64,000 nucleotides of DNA. Source: Blastocladiella emersonii ATCC 22665 (lineage: Eukaryota > Fungi > Blastocladiomycota). The position numbers and the translations under genes are program-made. The notes under the pieces were generated by a model. That model did not search any database. It worked only from the letters and a program-made list of their open reading frames with translations, and had not been told where the DNA came from. Location: assembly GCA_025594325.1 (NCBI GenBank), contig JANHCV010000008.1, positions 1-64,000 of the forward strand, read 5' to 3'. Shown here piece after piece: positions 24,225-35,428 of the stretch (position 1 is the stretch's first letter; the number at the start of each line of letters is the position of its first letter).

Positions 24225-25959
24225 ATGCCCGTCCTGTCGACGACCTACCTCTACGACGCACTTTCGTCTGCTCGCGCGCTCATTGAGCGACTTGCGGCCC
24301 TTCGGCAGCCGGGCCACGCCGTGGCTGCAGCGCTCGTCTTCGCGTCGCTTCCTATCTCCTTGTCGGTCGTACGTTTCGGCTTGAACGTACTCCGCCGCAA
24401 GTTGGCCGCGCGCCGCGGCCTGTACATCACGTCGGACGGCGGCAAGTCGCGGATCCCGATCCCAGGCCTTCCTGATGCCGGGTTTGTCGCGCGGTACCTT
24501 CTCGGCGACACGCGAGAGCTACTTGCCGCTCCCAACCTCGTTGCGTACCAGGAGCAGCAGATTGCAAAGCTCGGTATGATCCATGGGCTGCGCGACCTCG
24601 GCGGCGCGCCTGGCGTCGTTGTGGGGGACCCGCGCGCGCTCTACTATCTCTGCACGACGCGCGGGTACGGAACTACAAAGTCGCCCGAGCTCACGAGCCA
24701 GTTCGCCTTTGTCGCCGGGCGCATGGGGATGCTCGCCGCTGAGCATGACCTGCACCGCGTGCACCGCCGTATCGTCAACCCCGTGTTCAACATGAAGACG
24801 CTCAAGCAGCTCGTTCCCACCATGGAGTCCTCTTTCGACGAGCTCGAGGCGATTCTGGACAAGGCTGCGGAAGGGCAAGTGGCGGTCGAGTTCCAGGACC
24901 TCGCCACGTCGCTCGTCCTCAACGTCATTGGCCGCACCGCACTCGCCACCGAGTTCAACGCGCTTCGCCCGGGCGCACCGTCGGCGCTCACCGAGGCGTA
25001 CGCGATCCTGACGCAGGTGTTCCAGTTCAATGCCTGGAACTTCACCCGCGACGCGTTCCCGATCCTCAACTGGCTCCCCGTGCGGCGTAACCGCGACCTG
25101 CTCGCCGCGCGCAAGCTCGTGTTCGGCCGCGTCGAGTCGATCCTGCGCGACATGGCCGCGGCGCAGGCGGCCGGGCGTGACCTCAACAACGGCGGACCCG
25201 CCTCGCTCGTGGCGACGCTCATGGAGGCGGCGCAGGGTGAGGACGGTAAGCTATCGCCGCGCGAGCTGCGCGACGAGCTGCTCACGTTCCTCGTCGCCGG
25301 GCACGAGACGTCGGCCAACCTGCTGGGCATGATCGGCTACTTCCTCGCCAAGCACCCCGAGATCCAGGCGAAGCTCGCGGCTGACCTCGACCAGAACGGC
25401 ACCGAGAGCGAGTACCTCATGGACGTGATCAACGAGTCGATCCGCCTCCACTCGCCCGCGTACTCGACGATGCGTATGGCCGCCGAGGACCTGCAGGTCC
25501 CGCTCACGTCGGGCGGCACCATGCACATGCCCAAGGGCGCACGTCTCTTCTACCCGATCGTATGCTGTCGCGCCCACACTTCCATGCCTTGCCCCGACGC
25601 TGACCGCCTTCCACTGCCTGTAGCAAGCGATTCACACGAACCCGGCCATCTGGGGCCCCGACGCCGAGGTGTTCCGCCCCGAGCGGTGGTCGGACGAGGT
25701 GCACGTCGCCACGACACCGACGGACACGCTGCCCGAGGGCAAGACGCGCCTGATCCCGCCGTACGGGTTCATGCCGTTCCTCGGTGGCTCGCGTGCGTGT
25801 ATCGGCCGTGCCTTCGCGATCCTCGAGATCAAGCTGTTCGTCGCGCGCCTGTTCACGCGGTACTCGGTCCGCCTCGCTGACCCCAAGTTCGTGCCGACCA
25901 TTGAGTACACGGTCACGGCCAAGGCGGCCGAGGTCCCACTCGTGTTCTCGCGTCGGTAG
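24225..25959 (+). CDS. Cytochrome P450 (paralog C)
   Basis: MPVLSTTYL start, AGHETS, ESIR, FRPERW and FLGGSRACIG motifs. One intron after YPI. Confidence 0.92.
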
Positions 25960-26401
25960 AGCGGCGTCGAGCAGGACGTCAAGCGTCGGCTGGTGTCGGG
26001 CTGTGTGTCGAGGTGTTCGTTGCATCAAGGGCGACGGAGGCCCGCTCTTCCCATCATGGACCTCCCCACCGCAACGAATAGCATCATGAAGTCGTCTACT
26101 TGTTGCATTATGTGATTCATCAGGTTTCCGACAGCGCACCGCAGTTGCTGAGGAGAATCAGGCGGACAGGTCCAGCGAGAAGTCGGCGCGCACAGCGGTC
26201 GCCGTGGCCGGAACTTTGACGTGCCGCTGACGCTTGTCGTCGCGGTTCGCTTGACGGTGCCGGAACGAGGATACGTTCGAGCGAACCTTCCGACTCAGCA
26301 TGTACGGACTGTTGTCCGCGGAACCGGCTCGTATAAGAGCGCGGTCGTCCTGGCGCTCCCTCGCCCAGTCGAGCTTCAACACGCATCCTCAACCCCCAGC
26401 C

Positions 26402-28169
26402 ATGGCAGTCCTCTCGACAACCGCCCTCTACGTCGCGCTGCCGTCGCTCGCGCGCGGCGTCGTGTCGACGCTCCGGCGCCCTACCCCCGCCCTTGGCGCG
26501 TGGCTCGCCGTAGCCCTCCTCACCCTCCCCATCACCTTCTCCGCGGTCCAGTTCGCTCTGGTCGTCGTGCAGCGCAAGTGGTCCGCCCGCCGCGGCCTGT
26601 ACATCACGTCGCGCGACGGCACGCGGCGCCCGGTTCCCGGACTCCTCGACGCCAGCTACGTCGAGCGGTACCTGACGGGGGACACGCGCAAGATCCTCGC
26701 CGCGCCGAGCCTCGTCGTGTACCAGCAGCAGCAGATCGCCAAGTACGGCACAGTGCACACGCTGCGCGACCCCGGCGGCGCACCCGGCGTGGTGGTCGCG
26801 GATCCGCGCGCGCTGCACTACCTGTGCACGGCGCGCGCGTACGCGACCGTCAAGCCGCCCGAGCTCGCGCGCCTGTTTGTCTTTGCCGGCGGGCAGGGCG
26901 GGATGCTGGCGCTCGAGGGCGACGCGCACAAGGTGCACCGCCGCGTCGTCATCCCGCTGTTCAACATGAAGGTGCTCAAGCAGCTGGTCCCGACGATGCA
27001 CGCGGCGTTCGACGAGCTCGAGGCCATCCTCGACCGCGTTGCCGCGGCGGGCGAGAAGTCGGTCGACTTCCAGGACCTCGCGACGCGCGTCACGCTCAAC
27101 GTGATCGGGCGGACGGCGCTCGCGACCGAGTTCGACGCGCTGCGTCCGGGCTCGCCGTCGACGCTGACGTCGTCGTTCGCGTTCCTCATGCGCATCTTCG
27201 AGTACTCGACGTGGAACTTTGTGCGCGACGCGCTCCCGGTCCTCACGTACCTGCCGCTCCCGTACAACCGCAAGCTTTGGGCCGCGCGCGCCGTCAACTT
27301 TGACAACGTCGACGCAATCCTGCGTCGCGTCGCGTCCGAGCGCGCTGGTGGCGGGCGGCCGATTTCGGCGGACGCGGCGGCGGCGCCGTCGATGCCGCTG
27401 TTCACGGCGTTCCTCGATGCGGTCGACGGCAGCAACGGCTCGCTGACGCTGCACGACATGCGCGACGAGCTGCTCACGTTCCTCGGCGCCGGCCACGAGA
27501 CGTCGTCGAACCTGCTCGGTATGCTCGGCTACTTCCTCGCCAAACATCCGCGCGTCCAGGCCAAGCTCGCGGCGGACGTGGATGCGTTCGGCGTGGATAG
27601 CGCGTATTTGGGGGATGTCGTCAACGAGGCACTGCGCGTGCACTCGCCCGCGTACTCGACGATGCGGCTCGCCGCCGAGGACCTGCAGGTGCCGCTCACG
27701 TCGGGCGAGACGCTCCACGTTCCCAAGGGCCTCCGCCTGTTCTACCCGATCGTGCGTGTCCTCTCTCTCCTTTGGACCTGCACCATCGCCATCGCTGACA
27801 CTCCCTCGTTGCGGCCGCCCGTAGCAAGCGATCCACACCAACCCCGAGCTCTGGGGCCCGGACGCGCACGAGTTCCGCCCGGAGCGGTGGTCGGACGAGG
27901 TGCACGTCGCGACGACGCCGACCGAGACGTTGCCCGCGGGCAAGTCGCGGCTGATCCCGCCGTACGGCTTCTACCCGTTCCTCGGCGGCCCGCGCGCGTG
28001 CATCGGGCGCGCGTTCGCGATGCTCGAGATCAAGCACTTTGTCGCGCGGCTCGTGGCGCGGTACACGGTGCGGCTCGCGGATCCCAAGTTCGTGCCGACT
28101 ATCGAGTACAAGATCAACGCGCGCGCGACCGAGGTGCCGCTCGTGTTCGCGCGGCGCGACGGGGTGTAG
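26402..28169 (+). CDS. Cytochrome P450 (paralog D)
   Basis: MAVLSTTAL start, AGHETS, EALR, FRPERW and FLGGPRACIG motifs. One intron after YPI. Confidence 0.92.
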
Positions 28170-28288
28170 ATGGGCGCGCGGTGGCGCGCGAGAGAAGGGT
28201 GAGGGTGGATGATGATACATTCGATTTGTGCTGTACAAAGCCGCAGGGAAACCAAACCCACAACACCCCACAACGCTAGGGCGGCGAG

Positions 28289-29302
28289 TCAGATCCACCG
28301 AGAGCTCAGTCTCTCACTGGCGCCTGAAGCCTTGAGCCAGCCCGACTTGGCCCAAAAGTCGCCGACGGCCTTGTTCGCGGCGCACGCGCGGTCAATGGTC
28401 GTGCGGGTGAACTTGGACTTGAGGTCCGGCCGCTCCGCGAACCACTCGAGCACGGCGACGTGGCCACTGGTGCTGGCCTGGTCGAGCGCGGCGGCCGAGT
28501 AGTCGAGCGGGAGCCCCAACCGCGCCCACCAGTCGAGGACGGCGACATGGCCGCGGGCGCACGCGCGGTCGATGGCCGCGGCCGAGTAGCGCAGCTTGAC
28601 GCCGGCCTTGGTGGTCCACCAGTCGAGCGACGCGAGCTGGCCGTTGGCGCTGGCCGAGTCGATGGCGGCGATCGAGAACTTGAGCGCGTCGCGGCCGACT
28701 GTCGCGAGCCACCAGTCCAGGACCGCGACGTGGCCGTTCCACGACGCGGCGTCGACAGCGACGTGCGAGTGCATCATCTCGAGCCCGGACTGCGCCCACC
28801 ACTGGAGCACGGGCAGCTGGCCCTTCCAGCTGGCGTAGTCGACGGCCTGCTCCGAGTAGACAAAGTGGACGGGCGTCGCGAACGCCCACTCGAGCACGGC
28901 GACGTGGCCCTCCTGGCTCGCCAGGTCGACGGCGCGGTGCGAGAACTTGAGCTTGAGCCCCGACGCGACCCACCACTGCAGCACGGCGAGGTGACCGGCC
29001 TTGCACGCGTCCTCGACGGCGCGGTGCGTGTACTCGTCGCGTGGCAGACCGAGCGCGACGCGCAGCTCCAGCGCCGCGACCGAACCGCGCGCCGACGCTG
29101 CGTCCATGGCCGTCTCGGGCAGGTGCGGGAACACGGCGCGCTCGAGCGCGTCCACCATGGCGTCGGACCGCAGCAGGACGTAGAGCAGCTCGCGCAAGTC
29201 TGACGGGTCCTGCCCGGGCAGCTGCGCCGCCAGCACCATGATCCGCTCCATCAGCTCGCGCGGCAGGCGCAGTTGGTTCGTCGTGTCCTCAGCAAGACTC
29301 AT
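28289..29302 (-). CDS. Ankyrin-like repeat protein with F-box-like N-terminus (copy 3)
   Basis: ATG at 29302; RLPRELMERIMVLAAQL is followed by about 7 regular repeats (AVDxASxxGHVAVLxWW). Confidence 0.8.
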   Translation of the reverse strand: MSLAEDTTNQLRLPRELMERIMVLAAQLPGQDPSDLRELLYVLLRSDAMVDALERAVFPHLPETAMDAASARGSVAALELRVALGLPRDEYTHRAVEDACKAGHLAVLQWWVASGLKLKFSHRAVDLASQEGHVAVLEWAFATPVHFVYSEQAVDYASWKGQLPVLQWWAQSGLEMMHSHVAVDAASWNGHVAVLDWWLATVGRDALKFSIAAIDSASANGQLASLDWWTTKAGVKLRYSAAAIDRACARGHVAVLDWWARLGLPLDYSAAALDQASTSGHVAVLEWFAERPDLKSKFTRTTIDRACAANKAVGDFWAKSGWLKASGASERLSSRWI

Positions 29303-30010
29303 GGTGCATGTGTTTCGTGGGTGGCCCGAGCCGGTGGAGGAGGGCGAGCCGCGATGGCGGCGACGACGGGCGTTGTTCGCCCTCCCCGCCGCCGTCGAAC
29401 CGGAATCCAACCGCCGTCCCGCGAGTGCCGGCGCTCCATGCAACGTTGATGCTAGCTCATGGAAAAATGTCTCGCGTGGGCTTTTCCCGCGCGTCGCGTC
29501 CAGCACGCCGGGCCGTGCGGGGAGTGCGGGGAAGCGCGGGTCGGGCGCCGCCGCGACGACGCCGCCGCCACCCTGGTCGCTCCGAGACGCTGACTCTACG
29601 CCGGGAGCGGGTCCCGCCGCGCGAGATGCATGCATCTTCGCGAGCGCAGTCGGCAGCGAGCTGCGCTTCGGTCGGGTGGGGCCCACCGACTCACTCGCCG
29701 CCGCTTCGTCGCGTGCTCCTCCGACCCTGCCCGACCCTGCCTGTTGATCGTGTTGCGTGCTCGCCCGTCCCGTCCGCTCGGCTCCGAAACACGCGCGATC
29801 CGCGTGTCTCACCAGGGACGGGGCAAACGCGGTGCCTCCCCCGCCCGTTGTTGACGAGCGATGGCGCGACTCGAGCCGGGCCGTGTCGGGATCAAACGCG
29901 CGGGGTTGATTTCCCGAGCAAGGGGAGAGATGGAGGTGTGAAGCGCTCATATATCGCGAGGGACCCGCGTTGGAAGCATGGACTGCACAGCACCGTCGTA
30001 TTCTTGAACC

Positions 30011-30811
30011 ATGGCGCCCGTCCTTGCAGCCGATTCTCTCGCACTCGCCTCCGCTCGCGGGCCCGCCGCCCTCGCCGAGGTGTTCCCGTCCACATCGGCT
30101 ATCCGCGGAATCTGTACCAAGGGTTCGCCGTCCTCCCTCACTCGCGCCATCGCGTCAACCAATTCTCACGCGAATTGCGTGTCTTTAGAGCTTCTCTGCC
30201 CGTCAAGCTTCGCGTGTCTGCCGCTCTCAACGCCGGCGCTCGCGAGCCGCGAAATCTACGTTGCCCATCTGCCGGCGGCCTACTCGGCCCTCGAGCCCGC
30301 GAGCACCGCGTATCGCGCCGCCGTCGAGTCCAACACGTCGAACGTCACCGCCACGGATCTCGGTCTCTGCCTCGACTTCCCCACGGCGCTCACCCTCAGC
30401 CAACAACCCGCCGCCGCGCTGCCTGCAGCCATCGCCGATGCTCCCGCGACGCGCGACGCGGGCCCCTCGACCGTCGGCGCCCCGCCCGTCTTCCAGAACC
30501 CGTGGACCTACTTCCTCCTGGGCCTCATCTCGCTGACGGTGCTCGGCCCGCCGCTCGCCCTGCGCGCGTATCGCCGGCTTCGCCGCCGCTCAGAGCTCGC
30601 CGCCCTCCCGCCGAACGTGGTCAGCGTCGTGGAGCGAGGCCACGGGCTCGAGCCCGGGTCGCCGCAGATGCTCGACGCGTTCGTGTGCGAGGTCGGGTGG
30701 GACGAACTGCCGCGGTACGAGGCGGACGAGATACCAAGCGTCAAGGTTGAGATTGAAGGTGAGGCAGAGCGAAGAGAACTGGATCTGGGGCTCGCGTCAA
30801 GTGACGAGTGA
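30011..30811 (+). CDS. Single-pass membrane protein with cytosolic LPRY motif (copy 1)
   Basis: Cys-containing N-terminal region, a TM segment (PWTYFLLGLISLTVLGPPLAL), basic stop-transfer residues and WDELPRYEAD. A paralog lies at 40296. Confidence 0.6.
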   Translation: MAPVLAADSLALASARGPAALAEVFPSTSAIRGICTKGSPSSLTRAIASTNSHANCVSLELLCPSSFACLPLSTPALASREIYVAHLPAAYSALEPASTAYRAAVESNTSNVTATDLGLCLDFPTALTLSQQPAAALPAAIADAPATRDAGPSTVGAPPVFQNPWTYFLLGLISLTVLGPPLALRAYRRLRRRSELAALPPNVVSVVERGHGLEPGSPQMLDAFVCEVGWDELPRYEADEIPSVKVEIEGEAERRELDLGLASSDE

Positions 30812-32282
30812 ATACATGAACTCTTGCTCTGCTTGCTACGACGCTGCGTGTGATTCGTCTCGCGGACGCGAGCGGCGACGGCCTCCGACCACGCTGCGCG
30901 GCGTGAGTGTGGCCAAGTGGCCCAGCGAAATGAGCCGTTCTCGCTTGTCGTATGCTACACCCATTCATCTTGCCGTTGATCCTAACCGGATCGCGCTTCC
31001 TTGGTGAGCGACAGGACGAAGTCGGTTCGGGTCGTGACGTCGCCCCACACTCGGCTCGGACTCTCGTTCTCCAGCGATCCTTTGCTATGCATCCCATGGA
31101 ATAGAACCGCCGGCTCACTCGTCGCAACGCTTTCGGCAGCCCTTACTCGAGCGCTGCACCAGTGGGCCGGCTCGCGCCGTGGAACGTGGCGACAGACTAG
31201 TGCTGCTCGTCGCTCAGCTCGCTGATCCTCAAGTGCGCCGCGCTCGCGGCCCACATTTCGCATTCAGCTGAGCCTGAGACAGTTCTTGCCTTCTTGTGTC
31301 GGAACGCTGTGCTGGGCACCGCTCGCGACGCTCACGGGCCAGCGAGCGAGCCACGCGTTATAGCAGGTGACGTTCGGTGATCACCGTCAACTCTTGGCCG
31401 CCACGGTCTCCCGTGGCTCGTGGGCTGCGGCTCTAGAATCTCGGTGCCACGTTGAGAAGCTGAGACGATTGACTGCTGCTCTCGGAGTCGCGCAAGCCCG
31501 CTCGCTGGCGGCTAGCCTGTGTGATTCCTGTGCGCCGCCTCTCATTCCTGTCCTGGCTCACTTTATGTATGCTGTTCACGTGGGAACGCATTTCCTATGC
31601 TGTACGGTTACTTTAGTCGCCATGGGCCCGGCTTGGACAGCAAGACCGAGAACTAACCCAGCCAAGGAAGCGGACCCAAATCGGCTCACGACGCTTTGCC
31701 TTGACGAGTCGCAGATGCGGACACCATGTACAACTCGAACGACAACCGCGGCCTCATCAAACTTACTTTCAGACTACTTTGCTCAATCACAGAGAAACGA
31801 GTTGATCGAGGTGCTACTCGCAGGCCCCTGCCTGCACTTTTTTGCTCTTTACACGGTCCCCTTTGACGTGACCTTCCGGGTCGACGACTCTGCGCACGCG
31901 TCGGCTTCCTCCTCGCGTACCCGAGTTGACGTGCGTGATCCAAGTGCGGCTGGGCACGGTTCGCGTTCCATGCCTACTGTGAGGCGATTCGCGCTTTCGC
32001 CATCATTGCCGCCGCACCCGCGAGAACTCTAGGACGGTGTTGCGCGACGCAGCGCCAAGGGGCGCGTGTGCCGAGTCGTGGATCCGCTCATTGCGTCCAG
32101 AGAACCGCTCTCGGAGCGAGCATCGAGTGCCGTGTGGAGGACCTGAATAGATCCTTTCTTGCTCAATCACTCACCCTTGGTAATCACTCACCCATTGGCA
32201 AACGCGCCCTCGCAGCCGACCCGCCGTGCAGAGTGGAACAGATGAATTCACGTACACAACCCCTCCTCTCCCCACTCAGTTC

Positions 32283-32849
32283 CTACTTGCTCGTGAGCGA
32301 CTCGATGACAGCAGTCTGCTCGGCCTCGACCTTGGCGTAGGTCTCGTACTGCGCGGTGAGGCGGTCGAGCTGCATCTGGCGCTCGCGCAGGAGGAAGCTG
32401 ATGCGGTTGAGCTCGCTGACGCGGCGTGCCGGTTCGCGCTCCACGGCCGTCCGCAGGGCCACGGCGCGCCGCTTCTCGCGCTCAATCTCGGCCGCGCGCG
32501 ATGTCACGGCCGTCAGTAGATCCGATACGAGCGTGGTGAACTCGCTGACCTCTACACGTGCGAGCGGAGAACTGGGTCAGGGGCTCTCTCAGTCGGCGGT
32601 GCGTTGGAGAGCGGACGGACTCGACGTCAGGTCCCGGCACTCCTCCTTGAGCTTCTCACTGGCGTCCGTGGTCGCGGGCGGGACCAGGCGCAGCTTGCCG
32701 AACTCGTCGAAGGTCACGGACACGGGGCCGCTCGCCGCGTTGCCGCCGAGGAGCGACGAGGACGCGGGCGTCATGCCGCCGCTGCCGCCCGCTGGGGCGC
32801 CGGCCGGGCGCAGGTTGGCGAGACTGCCGGAAGTCGCGGTCGAGTACAT
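32283..32849 (-). CDS. IFT20: Intraflagellar transport protein 20
   Basis: VTFDEFGKLRLV...LKEECRD, an intron at about 32552-32620, then EFTTLVSDL...EIEREKRRAVALR...YETYAKVEAEQ. This matches the IFT20 pattern. Confidence 0.88.
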
Positions 32850-33358
32850 GGCGTGTGGCGCTTTGGGGGATGGGATGAAGGGGAAGCGAGGGAAACGCGT
32901 CGGATTCGCCGCGCGAATCGGTCAGGTGAGCGCGCGCGTGCGTGGCGCAACGCGTCTCGCGTTCCTCGCGAGCATCCTTCCCTGCGGTTCACGGCCTTCA
33001 CCCGGTGCAACGAGAGTCTCACGGCGCATGGAGCCCTCACGATGAAACGGGTTACGGTTCAGACACTCGGTCCACTGGGACTTTTGCGAGATCGTCGTCG
33101 CCGCTCAGTCGAATCCGCGTGTTGTTCTACGCTGTGACCCGTGAACGGGAACGGCGGTGCGTAAGCGCCATTTCGAGTCCTCTGCCTCCTCCGGATCCAT
33201 GCGTTCAGGCGGTGCAGGTCGAACCGACCGCCGCCCCCGTTGATCTGATCGCTCGGTGCAGGTGCCACGTCCCCCCGCAGTGCGTCAACAACCAGGGACT
33301 GCGCTACCGCAGATGAACGACTTCGCGCTTGACTTTCCACGGCGCAGAGGCCGGCACG

Positions 33359-33432
33359 TATAAAAGGAGCGCGGATCCCCGCCTCGTTGTGCTGCTCGTC
33401 ACCAAAACCAAGAGCGCCCTTGCACTGCAACG
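33359..33432 (+). promoter_or_regulatory. TATA box (TATAAAAG) and ACTGCAACG leader motif of pseudo-metacaspase 1
   Basis: TATAAAAG at 33359 and ACTGCAACG at 33424, upstream of the ATG at 33449. Both elements recur upstream of the two paralogs. Confidence 0.5.
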
Positions 33433-33448
33433 CAACACAACAAACACA

Positions 33449-34690
33449 ATGCCCAACTCCGCTGCCGTCTGCATCGGGCTCTCGTACCCGACGACGCACT
33501 CGCCCCTCCCCGGCGCCGCCGTCGACGCCAACACCATGTCGTCGGTCGCCGCGGGCATGGGCATGGAGGACATCCAGACCATCACCGACGCGGACGCGCC
33601 CGTGACGCGCGAGCAGGTTCTCGGCAGCCTGCGCGACCTCGTGCAGGGCGCCGAGTCGGGCGACACGCTGCTCTTCTCGTTCTCGGGCCGCGGCACGACC
33701 GTCGCCGACACGAACAGCGACGAGACGGCGGGCGGCAAGTTCGACGAGGCGATCCAGTGCGCCGACGGCGTGGTGACCGACGACGAGATCCGCGCCGTTC
33801 TCGGGGACTTGCCCGAGGGCGCCAACCTCATCATGGCGTTCGACTCGACCAGCTCGGGTTCCATGGCCGACCTCGACCTCGCGGGCGCCGAGATCCCGGG
33901 CAACGTGGTCGTGCTGTCGTCGTGCGCCGCCGACGGGACCGAGGTCGCGCAGTCGTCGGCGGCCGGCGGCGCCTTCACCAACGCGCTCGCCGAGGTGCTC
34001 GCCGCCAACCCTGGCATTACTTGGTCCGACGCCGCGGCGCTCATGGACCAGGCCGACGGCAACTCGGGCCAGACGGCGAGCGTGGCCGCGAACCGCGCCG
34101 AGCTGCTGTTCGAGCCGGCGTTCGCGCCGGTCGAGGACGTGGCGCGCGACGCTAACGCCGACGCCGAGTCGGCGACCATGGGCGGGGCGAGCGCCGTCGG
34201 GTCGGCGATCGCCGTCGAGACCATCAACGGCAACGAGGTGACGATCGAGCGGTTCGAGTCGGGCGCCGAGATCCGCAAGGCCTACACGGACGGCGACGGC
34301 GTGGCCAACGTGGTCGCGTACGTTTCGGCCGACGGGTCGACGACCATCGAGGCCGATCGCACGGGCGACGGGTCGCAGGACTTCTCGGCGCGCATCGGCG
34401 CTGACGGGACCGTCACCATGGCCGCGTACGACGTGGACGGCGACGGGTACTACGAGACGCAGCTGCACACGGCCGAGGACGGGTCAACCACGGTCGGCGT
34501 GTACGACCGCGACGGCAACATGGTGCAGAACCTCGACACTGACGGCGACGGGATCGTCGACGTCAAGGCCGACGCGAACGGCGACGGGATCCACGACATT
34601 GGCCCCGGCCTCGACCTCGCCGCCATGACGCTGGACGGCGCCGCGACCGTTGGGCTCGGCGAGTCGCCGTACGGCGACGGGTGCTGCTAG
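33449..34690 (+). CDS. Catalytically inactive metacaspase-fold (C14) protein with C-terminal Dx[DN]xDG repeats (copy 1)
   Basis: p20- and p10-like segments (AVCIGLSY, GDTLLFSFSGRG, FDEAI, VTDDEI, FDSTSSG, VVVLSSC, GGAFTNAL). The His site reads R and the Cys site reads T. The acidic tail has DVDGDG and DTDGDG and ends GCC. Confidence 0.8.
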   Translation: MPNSAAVCIGLSYPTTHSPLPGAAVDANTMSSVAAGMGMEDIQTITDADAPVTREQVLGSLRDLVQGAESGDTLLFSFSGRGTTVADTNSDETAGGKFDEAIQCADGVVTDDEIRAVLGDLPEGANLIMAFDSTSSGSMADLDLAGAEIPGNVVVLSSCAADGTEVAQSSAAGGAFTNALAEVLAANPGITWSDAAALMDQADGNSGQTASVAANRAELLFEPAFAPVEDVARDANADAESATMGGASAVGSAIAVETINGNEVTIERFESGAEIRKAYTDGDGVANVVAYVSADGSTTIEADRTGDGSQDFSARIGADGTVTMAAYDVDGDGYYETQLHTAEDGSTTVGVYDRDGNMVQNLDTDGDGIVDVKADANGDGIHDIGPGLDLAAMTLDGAATVGLGESPYGDGCC

Positions 34691-35428
34691 ACTGCGCCCT
34701 CGACTTGTTTGTGAATATACCTACTCTTCTCTGGCTCATCACATGCGACTTGTTGGTTTCGTGAACACACCGTGCTGTGAGGTGACAGCCGCGAACACGG
34801 CCGTGGCCGCGGACTGTTCCTCGCTCTCCGCTCCCATCGCGATGCACTCGAATGAAGCCTTTCCCATGGATCTCAGTTGATGCAACATGAAATACACAAC
34901 CTCTTCCCTCTAAGTATCGATGTGACCACGCGAGGCTGTGCAAAGTGCAACGAACTCGTCGACGGCAGGTTCGCGGCAGCCGTGAGCGATCGGGCCCATC
35001 TTCCTTGCATTATTGATCGTGTACGCCGGCACCACATCAATCCCGCCCAGAACCTTCTGTTCGGTGCCCATGACGCGACGCGGCACGCCACGCAACACGG
35101 CCTTGCCGTCGTGCGGCAGGCACTACATGCGCGGCACCGGCTTCAGCCATGACCGAGGCCGACGCCCGACTGGGCACTTGCGTGTCTTCTCGGAAATCAT
35201 GCATTGAGACGGACTGCGCTCGCGAACGAACGGATCTCTTGGTGCGCTCGCTCCGGTTGACGGATCCGCGGTCCTGAGCGGTGCGCGCGTTCCGTGAACG
35301 AGGCGATCTCTCACCGACCTTGTGTGGCTGGGTCCTACAAAAGCTTCGCGAAGCTCCCATCCGCCTTGCTCCATCGCCTCACATCCTCTCTCCACTGCAA
35401 CGAACTACCACCACCAACACACACAAGA

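Noticed and set aside
31779-32170. 12-bp direct repeat TTGCTCAATCAC at 31779 and 32159
   Set aside because: Too short, with no LTR, TSD or array structure. It could be chance or a minor cis-element.
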